This document shows, one piece after another, positions 10,934-22,419 of a DNA stretch of 64,000 nucleotides. Position 1 is the first letter of the stretch. Every line of letters starts with the position of its first letter. The DNA is taken from assembly GCA_963789395.1 (NCBI GenBank), contig CAWBKP010000011.1, forward strand, positions 32,001-96,000, in the 5' to 3' direction. The position numbers and the translations under genes were made by a program. The notes below the pieces were generated by a model that did not search any database, had not been told where the DNA came from, and worked only from the letters and a program-made list of their open reading frames with translations. This DNA is from an uncultured delta proteobacterium. Lineage in GTDB: Bacteria > Desulfobacterota > Desulfobacteria > Desulfobacterales > Desulfatirhabdiaceae.

Positions 10934-11212
10934 TCAAGGCTGGGCCCTTGCGGAAAACATCGCGATTTTTTCAAATTTTTTCATCAGATCCCGGGTGGTG
11001 AACGGCTGCTGTCCTTCGGTGGCCATGTAGAATTCCATATCTTTGCACTGTGACTGAACGCGTGCCAGAATGGCGATTCTGTCTTCATCCGTCAGGGCGC
11101 CTTTTTCTGCCAGATGTAAATTCAGGGCGGCATACCAGGCATTAATCAGGGTTACGGCATAAAGGGGTCCCAGCCAGTTTGGTTTATCGGAAAAATCGAC
11201 CATTCTTTTCAC
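10934..11212 (-). CDS. Hypothetical protein
   Basis: 92-aa ORF with protein-like composition and an upstream GAGG; no recognisable motif. Confidence 0.5.
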   Translation of the reverse strand: MKRMVDFSDKPNWLGPLYAVTLINAWYAALNLHLAEKGALTDEDRIAILARVQSQCKDMEFYMATEGQQPFTTRDLMKKFEKIAMFSARAQP

Positions 11213-11668
11213 CTCGTATTGTCTGTATCATTAAAATTCACCAGATTAAACTACCGAGACGAGACACTGCCGGTCAGGACTCGCCTATGATATGTGTCAG
11301 TGAAACAATATGCGGCATGGCAATTAAAATATCAATAAAAATGGCGGCACTGTAAAAAGTCCGGATGCTGCGTTGCGGTACATGCTTCCTCATTGCGGCG
11401 TATGACACGTACAGCCTCTTGCCGAATTATTGCCGCCTGGACTTCACTCAAAAGCGCTTCACAGCATGATGTTTTTCGATGTTTGATGTTGAACATATCG
11501 GGGATTTCTGATACTTGTCCATCATATCAGTATTTCGGATGTTCGATATATCGAAGTCTTGGATCGCCCGCTTTGTTATGTTGCTACCCAATCACCCATC
11601 AAACTGAACTGCTTTCCGTAGTTTTTTAATGAATAATCACGGAATCTAGAAAAAAGGAGTACCGTTCC

Positions 11669-12266
11669 ATGAAAATCGTAGGAATTGCATGCAGCCCCCG
11701 AAAAGCAAAGACCACGGCACTTGCGTTGGATGAGTGCCTTAAAGCCGTGCAGGCTGGCCGTACCCTCCATGCAGACGGAAATGCTGGAACTGGCTGATTT
11801 TCAATTTAACGGCTGCGTGGCCTGCGGCAAATGCATGAAAGAATTTGCTTGCAGCCAGGCAGATGATTTCAGCAAAATCATTGCCTCCCTGGATGATCCG
11901 GCCCTGGCCGGAATCATTGTCGCCACGCCGGTTTATTTTGGCACCATGACTTCCCAATGCAAGGCTTTTCTGGATCGCTGCGTGATTTTCCGCAGAAACG
12001 GTTTTCGTTTCCACAACAAGGTCGGCGGGGTGATCGCCGTCGGCGGCGTCCGCAACGGCGGGCAGGAGTTGACCATCCAGGCGGTTCATGCCGCCATGCT
12101 GGTCTGGGACATGGTCGTGGTCAGTGACGGCCGCCCGACATCCCATTTTGGCGGAACTGTCTGGAGCAGCCATCCCGACGGGGTCAGCGGTGACACATTC
12201 GGGATGCAGACCGTCCATAATCTGGGCAAAAGAGTGTCGGAACTGGCGTTCAAGCTTCATGGATAA
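11669..12266 (+). CDS. Iron-sulfur flavoprotein / NADPH-dependent FMN reductase family protein (frameshift near 11755)
   Basis: AAGGAG then MKIVGIACSPRK; CVACGKC-x4-C cluster motif, TPVYFG and GGVRNGGQE. Confidence 0.88.
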
Positions 12267-12290
12267 CGGTCGGGTAAAAGGGGAGTTACT

Positions 12291-12623
12291 ATGGAATTCT
12301 GTAATAAGATTGTGATCGAAGTGATGTATAAGGCGGATTACTGCCTTCCCTGCTTTTTCATGGATGCCGCTGTTCAGGAAATGCTGCCGCGATATGAAGA
12401 TCGTGTGGAATACCGGCGCGTGGATATCATGATTGGAAAGGGCAAAAAGCGCTTTCTGGAGCTTTCCTATGAATTGTTCGGTGAAGAAGCCGTTAAAAAG
12501 CATATTCGTCTGGCTCCGGTGCCGTCACTTCTGATCAACGGCGAGCTGATCTTTGATCAGATTCCGCCGGAGTATGATCTGGTGGATGCCATCGAAGAAG
12601 CCCTTTCGGGGATGACTGTTTAG
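12291..12623 (+). CDS. Small thioredoxin-fold protein (CLPC)
   Basis: IEV...YCLPCFFM...PVPSLLINGELIFDQIP. Confidence 0.75.
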   Translation: MEFCNKIVIEVMYKADYCLPCFFMDAAVQEMLPRYEDRVEYRRVDIMIGKGKKRFLELSYELFGEEAVKKHIRLAPVPSLLINGELIFDQIPPEYDLVDAIEEALSGMTV

Positions 12624-12679
12624 ATACACCATGGTTTTTTACCTTTTTGCTTTATAACAAACGTCCAGGTCACACAAAC

Positions 12680-12968
12680 ATGAAACCCGTCCATATCGAA
12701 GTGATTCATGAAGGTGAGCATTGTATCCCCTGTGTATACATGGCGCTGGTGGTAGCTGAGGTCGCGCCGGATTACGGCGATGCCGTCACATGGGAGAAAG
12801 TCATCATCACCAAAAAAAAAGGGGCGTTTCGCTTTGACGAACTCGCTCAGAACGCATGGTGGACTGCCTCCTGTGCCCTCCATATATATCGATGGCGAAC
12901 TGGTCTTTGATACGACACCCGGCCCGGAAATGCTTCGAGAAGTTCTGGACCGGATGATATCGACCTGA
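12680..12968 (+). CDS. Small thioredoxin-fold protein (CIPC); frameshift near 12847
   Basis: MKPVHIEVIHEGEHCIPCVYM joins PVPSIYIDGELVFDTTP in the next frame; paralogue of the preceding gene. Confidence 0.75.
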
Positions 12969-13110
12969 TTCCGGATCACCAAATGGTGTTCCGGCCTTCC
13001 GCAGGTTTTTACGGGTGCGCCGGAACCGGCAAAAAAGCGCTGGTCAGGGCTGTTCACAGTAAATTTCCCTGTTAATCTCGGTTTCGATATCTTTCATTAC
13101 CATGTCCGGA

Positions 13111-14543
13111 TCAGCCATCGCCTGCAAGAGCTTCAGCGTTTTTCAGAAGCGTTTCGAACATTTTCACCAGGTAGTCGTTGACCCTTTTGGCAGGGCCCTG
13201 CCCCTGGGGCTTTCGCCAGTGGATCGGGGAATCCGGAAAAGCGCTCTGCCGCAGGACATGATGGCAGGCAAAGACCACCACATCCCGCATCCACGCCACC
13301 CTTTTATCAGCGTATTCGATTTCCCCTTCAAATCCCATGATAGCCGGCCGGAGTGAGTCTGCCTTCTTTCTGGTATCTCCGGTATCCGCTGGTTCCCATG
13401 AGTACGATATGGAAATGGGAAAAGAGGTTGGCTGTCCGGTCAAGCCGATCCAGGAGATTGTTTTTCCGAAGAAACTCAAGGTTTTCACCCAGATCGGACA
13501 GGGTGCTGTCCGGAACAAACATCAGAAAGCCGATCTCGGGCTCGATGCCGAAGCTGCGGCAGAGCGCAATGGCACGCTCGCTGCTGTTCAATGTGGCGCC
13601 CTTGGAGAGCTGGCCAAGAAGGGTTTTGGAGCCGCTCTCGACACCCAGGAGCATGCTGGTGAACCCCGATGAAACAAGGTTTTCCATGATTTCTTCGTCA
13701 AGGTCTTCAGGTCTTGTCTCCATGCCGAAGGTGATTTTCAAGGGGCGGATCAGTTCCAGCAGCCTCAGGGTCCTGTTTTTTCCCTTCTTTCCAGGGCCGA
13801 TGAAATTGGGATCTGCAAAGTAGAAGTCGCGTATTCCCATCGAAATGAGCCCCTGCATTTCAAGAAGGATGTTTTCCGGACTCCTGCCCCGCCAGAGGGG
13901 GCCATTATTATAGAAAGAGGGGACCGGGCAGAAACTGCAGTGGTTATAACATCCCCTGCTGCCTAAAATCGATGCGGTGCGGAACCCGCCATCCGCCCGC
14001 ATGGGAAAGTCAAACAGATCCGGATCACGAAGGGGCGCTCTGGGGCCGGCCATCAAGATGCCTTCCCCGCTCCTATGCGGCAAGTCCTTCGATTTTTTCC
14101 AAGGATCCAGCGGTTTCCAGGCAGGTTGCCAGTTCTGTAACCGTGATCTCGCACTCTCCCACGGAAATGGTGTCCACTTCCCTGCAAAAGTCCAGGATCG
14201 GCCGGTAAGCCAGGGTGGGATAAAATCCGAAGAGGTTGATATGTCCCCTGAATCCCGCGCTTCTCAGCTTCTGAAAAAAATCAAAGATCGCGCCGCTGTT
14301 CTCCCAGATATAGACGCAATTCACCGTCAGAAGGGCCGGGGAAAAAGCCATGATTTCATCGGCTGTCCGGGAAAAATCCCAGCCATTCACCGTACAGTCG
14401 ATCAAGGTGACCTCATGGCCGGCAGCCTTCAGGGCGGATGCCACATAGCCGCCCATCAGGCAGGACCAGAGGGGGGTGTTGGCAATATCGTTGAACCTTT
14501 TTTCCGAACGGATTCTCGGGTGCTCCAGAACGATGATTTTCAC
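13111..14543 (-). CDS. bzaE: B12-binding radical SAM protein, BzaE-like by position (frameshifts near 14075 and 13335)
   Basis: N-terminal cobalamin-binding domain, SRGCYNHCSFC, FADPNF and LGVESG; last gene of the bza/cobT operon. The symbol rests on synteny. Confidence 0.65.
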
Positions 14544-15890
14544 GTGTTCTCCATGCTCGGCTCCAGGCACGCAGACGGTTTCAGCCTCGAAAAAATACCT
14601 GCACGGTGGCAGTGGGCTTCCATCTCGTGAAGGAGATGGGAGAACCTCGGGGGGTTATGATAGAATGGGTAAAGAAGATCGATATCGGGGGAAAGATCCC
14701 CGCTTCTGATCAGCCGCTTTGTCAGCGGTGCGCCGGGGTAAAGCCGGACGTGGTTGAAGATCACGGCCCCAAGATTTGCAGGGCCTGCATGGATTTCAAG
14801 CAGACGTTCCAGCATTTCCCAGGCCTCAGATGACTTCCGCCTCACCGTCCCCGGGCAGGTTGAGCAGAAAATGGCACATGGTGAGAATATTGCTCTCGGC
14901 CGTTACCTTTGCCGCCTTCAGTATATCCTGCTTTGTCAGCCGTTTTCCCAGAAGTTTCAGGCCGTGGTCCGTGAGCGCATCCGCCGAAAAATAGATGGCA
15001 ACCAGTCCGGCAGCCTGGGCAAGCCCGGCAAGCCTGCTGTCAAGGGTGTCTTCTCTGAAAAAGCCCGTCCAGCCGATATCGAGTTTTCTGCGAATGAGCT
15101 CTTCCATCAACGCTTCGAAATGGTCGACGGGCCGATTGACCACCGCGTCCGTAAAATGAAAAAGCCGGATGCCATGCTCCCGGTGCAGGGATTCGATCTC
15201 GTCCACGATTTTTTTCGGGCTCCGCAGGCGCATCCTCCCCCCGCCGAGGCAGGGGTAAACGCAATAGCCGCAACTCAGGTCGCATCCCCGCTTTCCTTCT
15301 ATCCCGACAGGGGCGACGTAGGCGTTTCCCTTCGTGTAATCCGCGGGATCAAAGGTGACCCGATCCATGGGGGGAATCTCATCAAGGGAGATCCCCGGAC
15401 CCGGGGGATTCTGATGGATGACGCCTTCTTTTCGCCACAGCAGACCCGGAACCGCGCCGGGGTCGATATCACTTTCGATGATCAGGGGAAACGCCCGCTC
15501 CCCTTCCCCCACCAGCCCATAGTCTATATCGGAAACCGCTTCCATGAGACGGGTTCCGAAAAGGGAAAAAGCCGGGCCTCCTACCATGATCCGTGAATCC
15601 GGAAGGATCGTTCGAACCATCGCGGCGGCTGTTTTCAGGGACGAGAGATAGGAAACCAGATGACCGGCAAGAGGGTCGATGTTTCGAAGCGAAAAGGCGA
15701 CGATATCCGGCCGGTGTTCTTCGATCAGCTCTTTCAACTCCGGCCACGGATCCGGGAAGAGGTTCATGTCCAGAGCACTTTTCGCGATTGTTGCCGGAAC
15801 CAGACTCGAAAGCCTGGAAAGGCCCAGGGGAAATACTTTTTCACCGGCGCCATGGTGGGAAGTGGGAAGCTGAACCAGAGAAATTTTCAT
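14540..15890 (-). CDS. bzaD: B12-binding radical SAM methyltransferase, BzaD-like (frameshift near 14830)
   Basis: FPLGL, FSLRNID, GEGE and KRGCDLSCGYCVYP; follows bzaC. The symbol rests partly on synteny. Confidence 0.7.
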
Positions 15891-15893
15891 TAC

Positions 15894-17565
15894 CTACTCC
15901 AATAACAGCAAACCGAGATATTTGACATACTGCCCCCTTTCCTTAACCGGCGCCAGATAAAGGCCTGCCGCTTCTGCCGTCTGATAGACATCGATCCCGG
16001 AAGCCTCCATCGAAGGCCGGGAAAGATCACTTCGGTTGCATTCTCCCTCGCCGGGGCACTTGTCGCAAACCGTGCAGGGACCCGCACCCAGGACAAACGC
16101 CTTGTGCAGACCGCTCAGAAACGCCTTTTTCTCAAGGCGGAGCAGCCGCTGATGAAACTGTCTTCCGGGCGGAGCCCCTTCCAGAAGAAGCGCCCATTTG
16201 TAAGATCTCAAAAGCGTTTCCGTCTCAAGGTCATCCCTGCCGTTTGGCGGGCATTGAAGATTCTTTCCGAATCCTTCGCATCCATACCGGCATTTCAGCC
16301 TGACCCAAGGGGCTGTGGCAATCTTTTCCATGGGGATGGGAACGGCCCGCCTGAACCCTTCGGAAATGGCCATATCGGCCCACTGATACGGCAGGGGGAC
16401 AAGATGATCCCGGGAAAGTTTTTCCCCGGCCAGAATCACAGAGCTGTCTGTATCAAGATCGAGAACAACGCTTTCCCGAATGCCGGCGGCGCTAAGCCAG
16501 GAAACCACGCTGGAAGCTTCATGACATTCGCCGTCATAGGTATTCAGCATCATGGCCAGATCGTAGATGGCCCCTTTCTGGGGATTTCGGCCCAGGCGGT
16601 CGGGAAAATAGTCGTGAATGAGAACCTTTCCCCCTGGTTTCAGAAGACGGACCGCCTTTTCGAGAAGTTTCCGGGCGTCCTTCTCTCCGTAGGCATGGAG
16701 AAAATTGCTCATCACGATCAGACCGAAGGTTCTTTCCGTTTCAAACGCGTGGAAACGGAAGTCGGCGCCGATGGTCTCGATCCCTTCCCAGTCCGTTTCA
16801 TCCGGATAAATCTGCCGTGCAGCCTCAATCACCTCGGGAAGATCCAGGAGAACTCCCCGGTAATGCGCCGGAGGGTTACAAAATTCTCTCGGTCTCATCG
16901 ACGTCGCTGTGAAAATGGGTTTCCTTTTTTCGGTCCGATCCGGAAAGAGAGGCCACGAGGAGGCGGCAGAGCGATCCTGCTCCGCCGCCCATGTCAAGGA
17001 CAGGCGGCTGCCCAGGTTTCACGCAGCAGAATTTCAACGATCTGCCTTGCCTTCTGCCTTGCCAGTTGATCCAATGCCCTTACATAGTTGAAGTTTCTCT
17101 CCGCGTAATTTTCCCCTGAATCTGACACGGCAGCTGCCACTGCATCCGAATGTCGGTGGCCCGTTGCTTCAGATTCATCATTCAGGGAGATTTTCCGCGT
17201 CAGAAGGCGAAAATTTTCCTGCATGGCGCGGCGGTAGAGAAAAAAATCCCCCATGTAGGAAGGGCTCTTCTGCGACCAGATAGCGCCGGGCAGACTGGCT
17301 GTTGAACCAGATCCCCTCGCTCTCTCCGATCAGTTCCATCCGCTTCAGCACTTTCAGGAGACGGTAAAGGCCATCCTCATTGCACCCGGACAGCGCGCAA
17401 AGCTTTCCGGTGGTCATAGGTTCCGCTTTCGATGTGGTCGAAGAGCTTCAGATCCAGTGCGGAAAAGAGAACCTCCGATTGCCAGTAGGCAGTGGAGAGA
17501 TTCTCAAGAAACTGGTAATCCATCCGGGAAGGATCGGCATCGCCATCGATTTTGCGTGATGGCAT
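15894..17565 (-). CDS. bzaC: Class I O-methyltransferase + DUF2284 fusion, BzaC-like (several frameshifts)
   Basis: Dimerisation N-terminus (AYWQSEVLFSALDL), LDLPEV, MSNFLH and LKPGG; C-terminal KCRYGC...CPP...GPCTVCDKC...RPSMEASGIDV; lies directly after cobT. Confidence 0.78.
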
Positions 17566-17567
17566 CG

Positions 17568-18630
17568 TCAGATCTGGGCATTTTTTATGGCCACTTCCGC
17601 AAATGTCTTGATATCCGCAAGAATCCGGGTGGCGGCATCGAGAAGCTCCATGGCGATTGCGGCCCCCGTTCCCTCTCCCAGGCGAAAGCCCAGGTCCAGC
17701 AGGGGTTCGATGCCGAGCCTCTCGTGCATGTACCGATGCCCCACCTCCACGGACCGGTGGCTCGTAAACAGATACGCCTTTGCGGCCGGCGCCAGCTCAC
17801 AGGCGATCAGCGCTCCGGCGGTGGAGATGAAGCCGTCGCAGATCACGGGAATTCCTTTGGCTGCGGCGCCGATCACGAGCCCTGCCAGTCCGCCGATCTC
17901 GAATCCGCCCACCTTGGACAGGACATCGATGGGGTCATGTGGGTCGGGCGCGTGCATCGCAAGGCTTTTTCGATAACGGCAATCTTGTTTTCGAGGGCGG
18001 CATCGCCGATCCCGGTTCCGCGGCCCGTGAGCTTTTCAACCGGAAATCCCTGAAAATGCCGCAATGACCGCAGTCGATGGCGTGGTGTTGCCGATCCCCA
18101 TGTCTCCGGTTCCCAGAAGATTCACCGGCCCCTGTTCGCAAAGCTCCTCGACGATCTCGATGCCGGCCGTCGATGGATCGGATCGCTTCCTCCCGCGTCA
18201 TGGCCGGCCCCTTTGCGAAATTCGCCGTTCCCTTTCCGACTTTCTTGTGGAAGATGGGAAGGGCCGGATCAAAATCATAATTGACTCCCAGATCGGCTGC
18301 AATGACCCTGGCGCCGGCATGCTTTCCGAGCACATTGATCGAAGCCCCGCCGCCGACAAAATTCAGAACCATCTGGGGGGTCACTTCCTGGGGAAAGAGG
18401 CTGACCCCTTCGGCGACAACCCCGTGATCGCCGGCACAGGTCACGATGACCTTGTTCTCCAGCCGGACGTCAAGGGTTCCGGCGATGGCAGCCAGCCGTG
18501 CGGATACGTTCTCGAGAATGCCCAGGCTTCCGGCCGGTCGCGCCTGGTCCGCAAGCCGCGCCAGGGCCTTTTCGTAAACCGAGCTGTCGGGTGTCTTTAT
18601 GCAACCGATGGTACGATTCAGTTTTTCCAT
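17568..18630 (-). CDS. cobT: Nicotinate-nucleotide:dimethylbenzimidazole phosphoribosyltransferase (frameshifts near 18170 and 17960)
   Basis: [22 protein letters not shown] and [13 protein letters not shown] motifs. Confidence 0.93.
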
Positions 18631-18660
18631 TTTCAATACTCCTTGGCTATTTGAAAGGTT

Positions 18661-19982
18661 TCAGCCAACGCATGAGATTTTATCGCCCCGGATATCATCC
18701 TTAAAAACCTCCATTCCCTTTTTCATGGCGCAGAAATCACCGCACATGGTGCAGGTCTTTTCCTCCTGAGGGCGCCCGCTCCGCTTTTTTCTTTCTGGCG
18801 ATTTCCGGAAAGAGAAGCTCCTTTTCCAGATCGTCCCAGCGCATGTCCCGTCTTGCCAGGCCGGCCCGCTTCTCCCGCTCCCGCCGTTCCGGGTATTTGG
18901 CGATGTCTCCGACCCGCACGGCCAGCCGGGTGACTCTGACGCCTTCCCGGACATCGGCCTCCGTGGGCAGCGCAAGGTGCTCCGCAGGCGTGATGTAGCA
19001 GATCAGGTCCGCTCCGTACCTGGCCGAATGCGCCGCGCCGATGGCGGCGCCCACATGGTCGTAACCGGCTCCGGTATCCAGGGGGATCGGCCCCAGAACA
19101 TAATACGGGCGCATTGCCGCTCATCCGTTTTTCCAGCATGATGTTTCCCTCGATCTCATCTATGGGAACATGTCCGGGACCTTCCACCATCATCTGACAT
19201 CCCATCTCGCGGCCGATCTCGGCAAGTTCGCAGTTGATGATCATCTCCGCCATCTGGGCCCGGTCATGGCTGTCGTGGATCGCACCGGCGCGGATACCGT
19301 TTCCGAGTGAGAGCACCGCATCATATTTCTTCATGAGGCCGCAGACCCGGTCGAACTGCTCGTACAGGGGGTTGTCCTTTCCGGTTGCATCCATCCACGC
19401 CACCATGAAGGTCCCCCCCTTGGAGCACAGCCCGCCGTAACGGTAACCCTGCTTGCGAAGCCGCTCGATGGTGTACTGGTTGATTCCGCAGTGGATCGCC
19501 ATGAAACTGAGGCCATCACACAGCTGCTGCTCGATGAGATCGAAGAGATACTCGGGATCAAGCCGGCTCGGATCCCTGTATAGTCTGGCAGTCTCCTTGA
19601 ACGCCTGATACAGGGGAACATTGCCGACAGGAAGACGGGAGGCAGCCAGAACTTCCCGTCTGACCTTGTCGAGATTGCCGCCCGCGGAGAGCTCCATGAG
19701 CGTATCCGCCCCTTCTTCCTCGGCAGCGATCGCCTTGCGGACTTCATCATCGATATTGCAGATATCCGAAGACGTGCCGATGGATGCGTTGACTTTTGTT
19801 CTCAGCCCGGTGCCGATTCCCCTGATGATCTGATCGGGACGGTTGGGATTGTTCGGAATAACGATCTCCCCCATTGCAACGCGCTGCCGGATCACTCCGG
19901 TAGAATAATCCTCATCGACCGCCACCTTTTCCATCTGGGGGGTAATAACACCTTCACGTGCCAATTCAATCTGTGTCTTCAT
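18661..19982 (-). CDS. bzaF: ThiC-family radical SAM enzyme, most likely 5-hydroxybenzimidazole synthase BzaF (two frameshifts)
   Basis: KVNASIGTS, MAIHCG, EGPGHVP, GYDH, CYITPAEHL and CTMCGDFC; a single ThiC homologue under a cobalamin riboswitch and upstream of cobT. Confidence 0.82.
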
Positions 19983-20015
19983 GGGATACTCCTATGCCTG
20001 TTTGATAATTTCGTC

Positions 20016-20059
20016 AAAAAAAAGGGCTCCGGGGAGATTATATCTCCCCGGAGCCCTTT
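20016..20059 (-). terminator. Intrinsic terminator / riboswitch expression platform before bzaF
   Basis: Perfect stem aaagggctccggggagat / atctccccggagcccttt followed by a U run on the minus strand. Confidence 0.85.
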
Positions 20060-20078
20060 GCCATCGTGCCCTTCAATC

Positions 20079-20252
20079 AGATCGCCCGATCCGTCTTCTG
20101 ACTTCCGGATGGCGCCTCTCCTTGCAGCCTTCCCAGCCTCAGGGCCAGTGGCCGCCTCCCAAAAATCAGGGAGACAATTGCAGGAGATATTCCGGTTACA
20201 GCGATGGGACCGTCACGGAATTCAACCGTGTTCCGATAACCAGGCGATCTTC
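20079..20252 (-). ncRNA. Cobalamin riboswitch
   Basis: Minus strand reads GGAAcacGGTtgAAttCCgtgACGGtCCcatCgCTGTAA...GCCACTG...GGGAAGG...AAGTCAGAAGAC (B12 box). Confidence 0.85.
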
Positions 20253-20340
20253 TTTTCTTGATTTCTGTATTGTTATAAAATTGCCCATGCAGATAGTCAA
20301 GTTTTTTTTAAACAGTTTTTTCTTGAAATGATATTCTACC

Positions 20341-20367
20341 ATGTATACTATGAACCATCGTATACAT
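20341..20367. promoter_or_regulatory. Candidate PadR autoregulatory operator
   Basis: Inverted repeat ATGTATAC-tATG-aac-CATc-GTATACAT ending 12 nt before the padR start. Confidence 0.55.
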
Positions 20368-20379
20368 CAAGGATGAACC

Positions 20380-20820
20380 ATGCCGATCGTCGATTTTGAA
20401 GAATGTCCCTGCTCCGGCAAGAACATGAGCACCCTGGTTGCACCATGGATACTGCTTACGCTCTATCACCACGAGGGAACCCACGGCTATGAAATCCAGA
20501 AATTGATTCTTTCACGGCTTCAGGAACTGGATCTGGGGCTGAACATGGCCGGCCTCTACCGGCATCTCAACATGCTGGAGAAACGCGGTGTCCTGACATC
20601 AACCTGGGACACCGGCGAGCCTGGCCCCGCCAAACGAAAATACTATCTGACCGAAGGCGGCAAAGAATGTCTCTGGCGCTGGCTCGGTACCCTTGGCACC
20701 CAGTTGACGCTGATCGGCAAATTTCTGGATGAAGCCCATCGCGTTTTCCCCCAGGCAGTTCTGCCGAAGGTGGTTATGGGCAGAGCAGGCAATGTACAGG
20801 ATAAAACACCCAAGAAGTAA
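20380..20820 (+). CDS. PadR family transcriptional regulator
   Basis: HGYEI, LYRHLNMLEKRG and GPAKRKYYLTEGG; N-terminal CPC motif. Confidence 0.9.
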   Translation: MPIVDFEECPCSGKNMSTLVAPWILLTLYHHEGTHGYEIQKLILSRLQELDLGLNMAGLYRHLNMLEKRGVLTSTWDTGEPGPAKRKYYLTEGGKECLWRWLGTLGTQLTLIGKFLDEAHRVFPQAVLPKVVMGRAGNVQDKTPKK

Positions 20821-20834
20821 GGTCTTTGATTCCC

Positions 20835-21632
20835 ATGGCCACGCCGTCAAAGCACTTTTTATCCAGAATCACACCGCTGCTGATGATTCTCGTCCTCTGG
20901 CAAGCAATCGCCATGTGGGTCTGGCTTTTCCGAAACGTCCCCTTCCCCACACCGCTATCCACTTTGCAGCGTCTGGCAGAAGCGCTTATGGGCAAGGAGA
21001 TGATGGATCATTCTGTTTACCGTCATACTTTCGACAGCCTGGGCAGGTGGATTTACGGATTTATCGCCGCTTCAGCCGGCGGGGTTCTCTTTGGCCTTGC
21101 TGCTGGATGGTGGCGGGCTCTGGATCGACTGACCTCGCCGGGGGTACAGATTTTACAGTTGATCCCCGGGCTGGCCTGGATCCCCGTGGCCCTGTTGCTG
21201 TTTGGCGTGGGAGAGAATGCCACCCGCTTCATGATCGCCGTAACCGCCTTTGCACCGATTGCCATCAACGTCACCGACGGGGTCAAACAGGTGGACGTGC
21301 ACTACATCCGGGCCGCTCAGATGCTGGGGGCCGGGAGAAAAACCCTTTTTCTGCGCGTGTTGCTGCCCGGAGCCCTGCCGCAGATCATCAGCGGGATTCG
21401 GGTGGGTCTTGGTAACAGCTGGCGCGTGGTGGTGGCAGCTGAAATGGTGGTGGGCACCGGATCAGGGCTTGGTTACGCCATTGTGCAGTCACGCTGGTCC
21501 CTGGACTTCACGGCCGCTTTTGTCTGCATCATCGTCATCGCCATGATCGGCCTGATAGTTGAACAGGCCGTGCTCAAGCCCCTTGAAAAGCGAACGATCC
21601 GCCGCTGGGGGTTGAACCGCAGGGGCGGCTGA
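20835..21632 (+). CDS. ABC transporter permease (SsuC/TauC/NitT type)
   Basis: IPGLAWIP, AAQMLGA, LPGALP and VVAAEM motifs. Confidence 0.9.
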   Translation: MATPSKHFLSRITPLLMILVLWQAIAMWVWLFRNVPFPTPLSTLQRLAEALMGKEMMDHSVYRHTFDSLGRWIYGFIAASAGGVLFGLAAGWWRALDRLTSPGVQILQLIPGLAWIPVALLLFGVGENATRFMIAVTAFAPIAINVTDGVKQVDVHYIRAAQMLGAGRKTLFLRVLLPGALPQIISGIRVGLGNSWRVVVAAEMVVGTGSGLGYAIVQSRWSLDFTAAFVCIIVIAMIGLIVEQAVLKPLEKRTIRRWGLNRRGG

Positions 21633-21633
21633 C

Positions 21634-22419
21634 ATGATTGTTTGCGAGGCCATTTCCATGAACTGGACAGATAACGGCACCAGCCACCGCCGAAAGACAC
21701 TGGAAGCCGTCGATCTTACAGTGGCCCCAGGCGAATTCATATGCCTGCTCGGGCCAAGCGGATGCGGCAAAACCACCCTTTTGAACATCATTGCCGGATT
21801 TATTCGCCCGACACACGGACGCGTTCTTTTTAATGGAGAACCGGTAACAGGCCCCGGACCGGACCGAGGGGTCGTGTTTCAGGACCCGACCCTTTTTCCA
21901 TGGCTCACCACCGCCCAAAACATCGCCTTCGGCCTGATCCATCGGGGGATTTCCGGGCCGCAACGCCAGGCCAGAATTGAAGAAGGGTTACGCCTTGTTG
22001 GGCTTGAATCTCATGCCCATGCATTTCCTCACGAACTGTCCGGAGGAATGCGCCAGCGAATCGCACTGGCACGGGTACTGGTTCTGGAACCGAAAGCCCT
22101 GCTGATGGATGAGCCCTTCAGTGCACTTGATGCAATCAGCAGGGAACGTCTGCAGGACGAATTGCTTGAAATCTGGCAGCGCCGGCGAACTCCTGTGATT
22201 TTTGTAACGCACAACGCTGATGAAGCCGCCTACCTGGCCGACCGGATCATCATTATGGGCCCGCCGCCCCAAAGCGTGCGCAGCATCATCCCTGTCACCC
22301 TGCCCCGGCCCAGGCGCCGTTCAACTGAAGCAATCAACAATCTATCCCTGACATTGAGGCAGCATCTCGGACAGATGCCATGCTGCCTGGCTCCCATAAA
22401 TAAAGAGGATGTGACATGA
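21634..22419 (+). CDS. ABC transporter ATP-binding protein (SsuB/TauB type)
   Basis: GPSGCGKTT, LSGGMRQR and LMDEPFSALD motifs. Confidence 0.92.
   Translation: MIVCEAISMNWTDNGTSHRRKTLEAVDLTVAPGEFICLLGPSGCGKTTLLNIIAGFIRPTHGRVLFNGEPVTGPGPDRGVVFQDPTLFPWLTTAQNIAFGLIHRGISGPQRQARIEEGLRLVGLESHAHAFPHELSGGMRQRIALARVLVLEPKALLMDEPFSALDAISRERLQDELLEIWQRRRTPVIFVTHNADEAAYLADRIIIMGPPPQSVRSIIPVTLPRPRRRSTEAINNLSLTLRQHLGQMPCCLAPINKEDVT

Noticed and set aside
11460..11560. GATGTT-like short repeats upstream of the flavoprotein gene as a regulatory array
   Set aside because: They are too short and irregular to distinguish from chance without comparative data.
637..17069. Long antisense ORFs such as 637..1581, 4444..5289, 14754..15596 and 16104..17069
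   Set aside because: They are shadows of well-supported genes on the opposite strand and show no motifs of their own.
18661..19982. Thiamine biosynthesis gene thiC
   Set aside because: The cobalamin (not TPP) riboswitch and cobT/bzaC neighbours favour bzaF.
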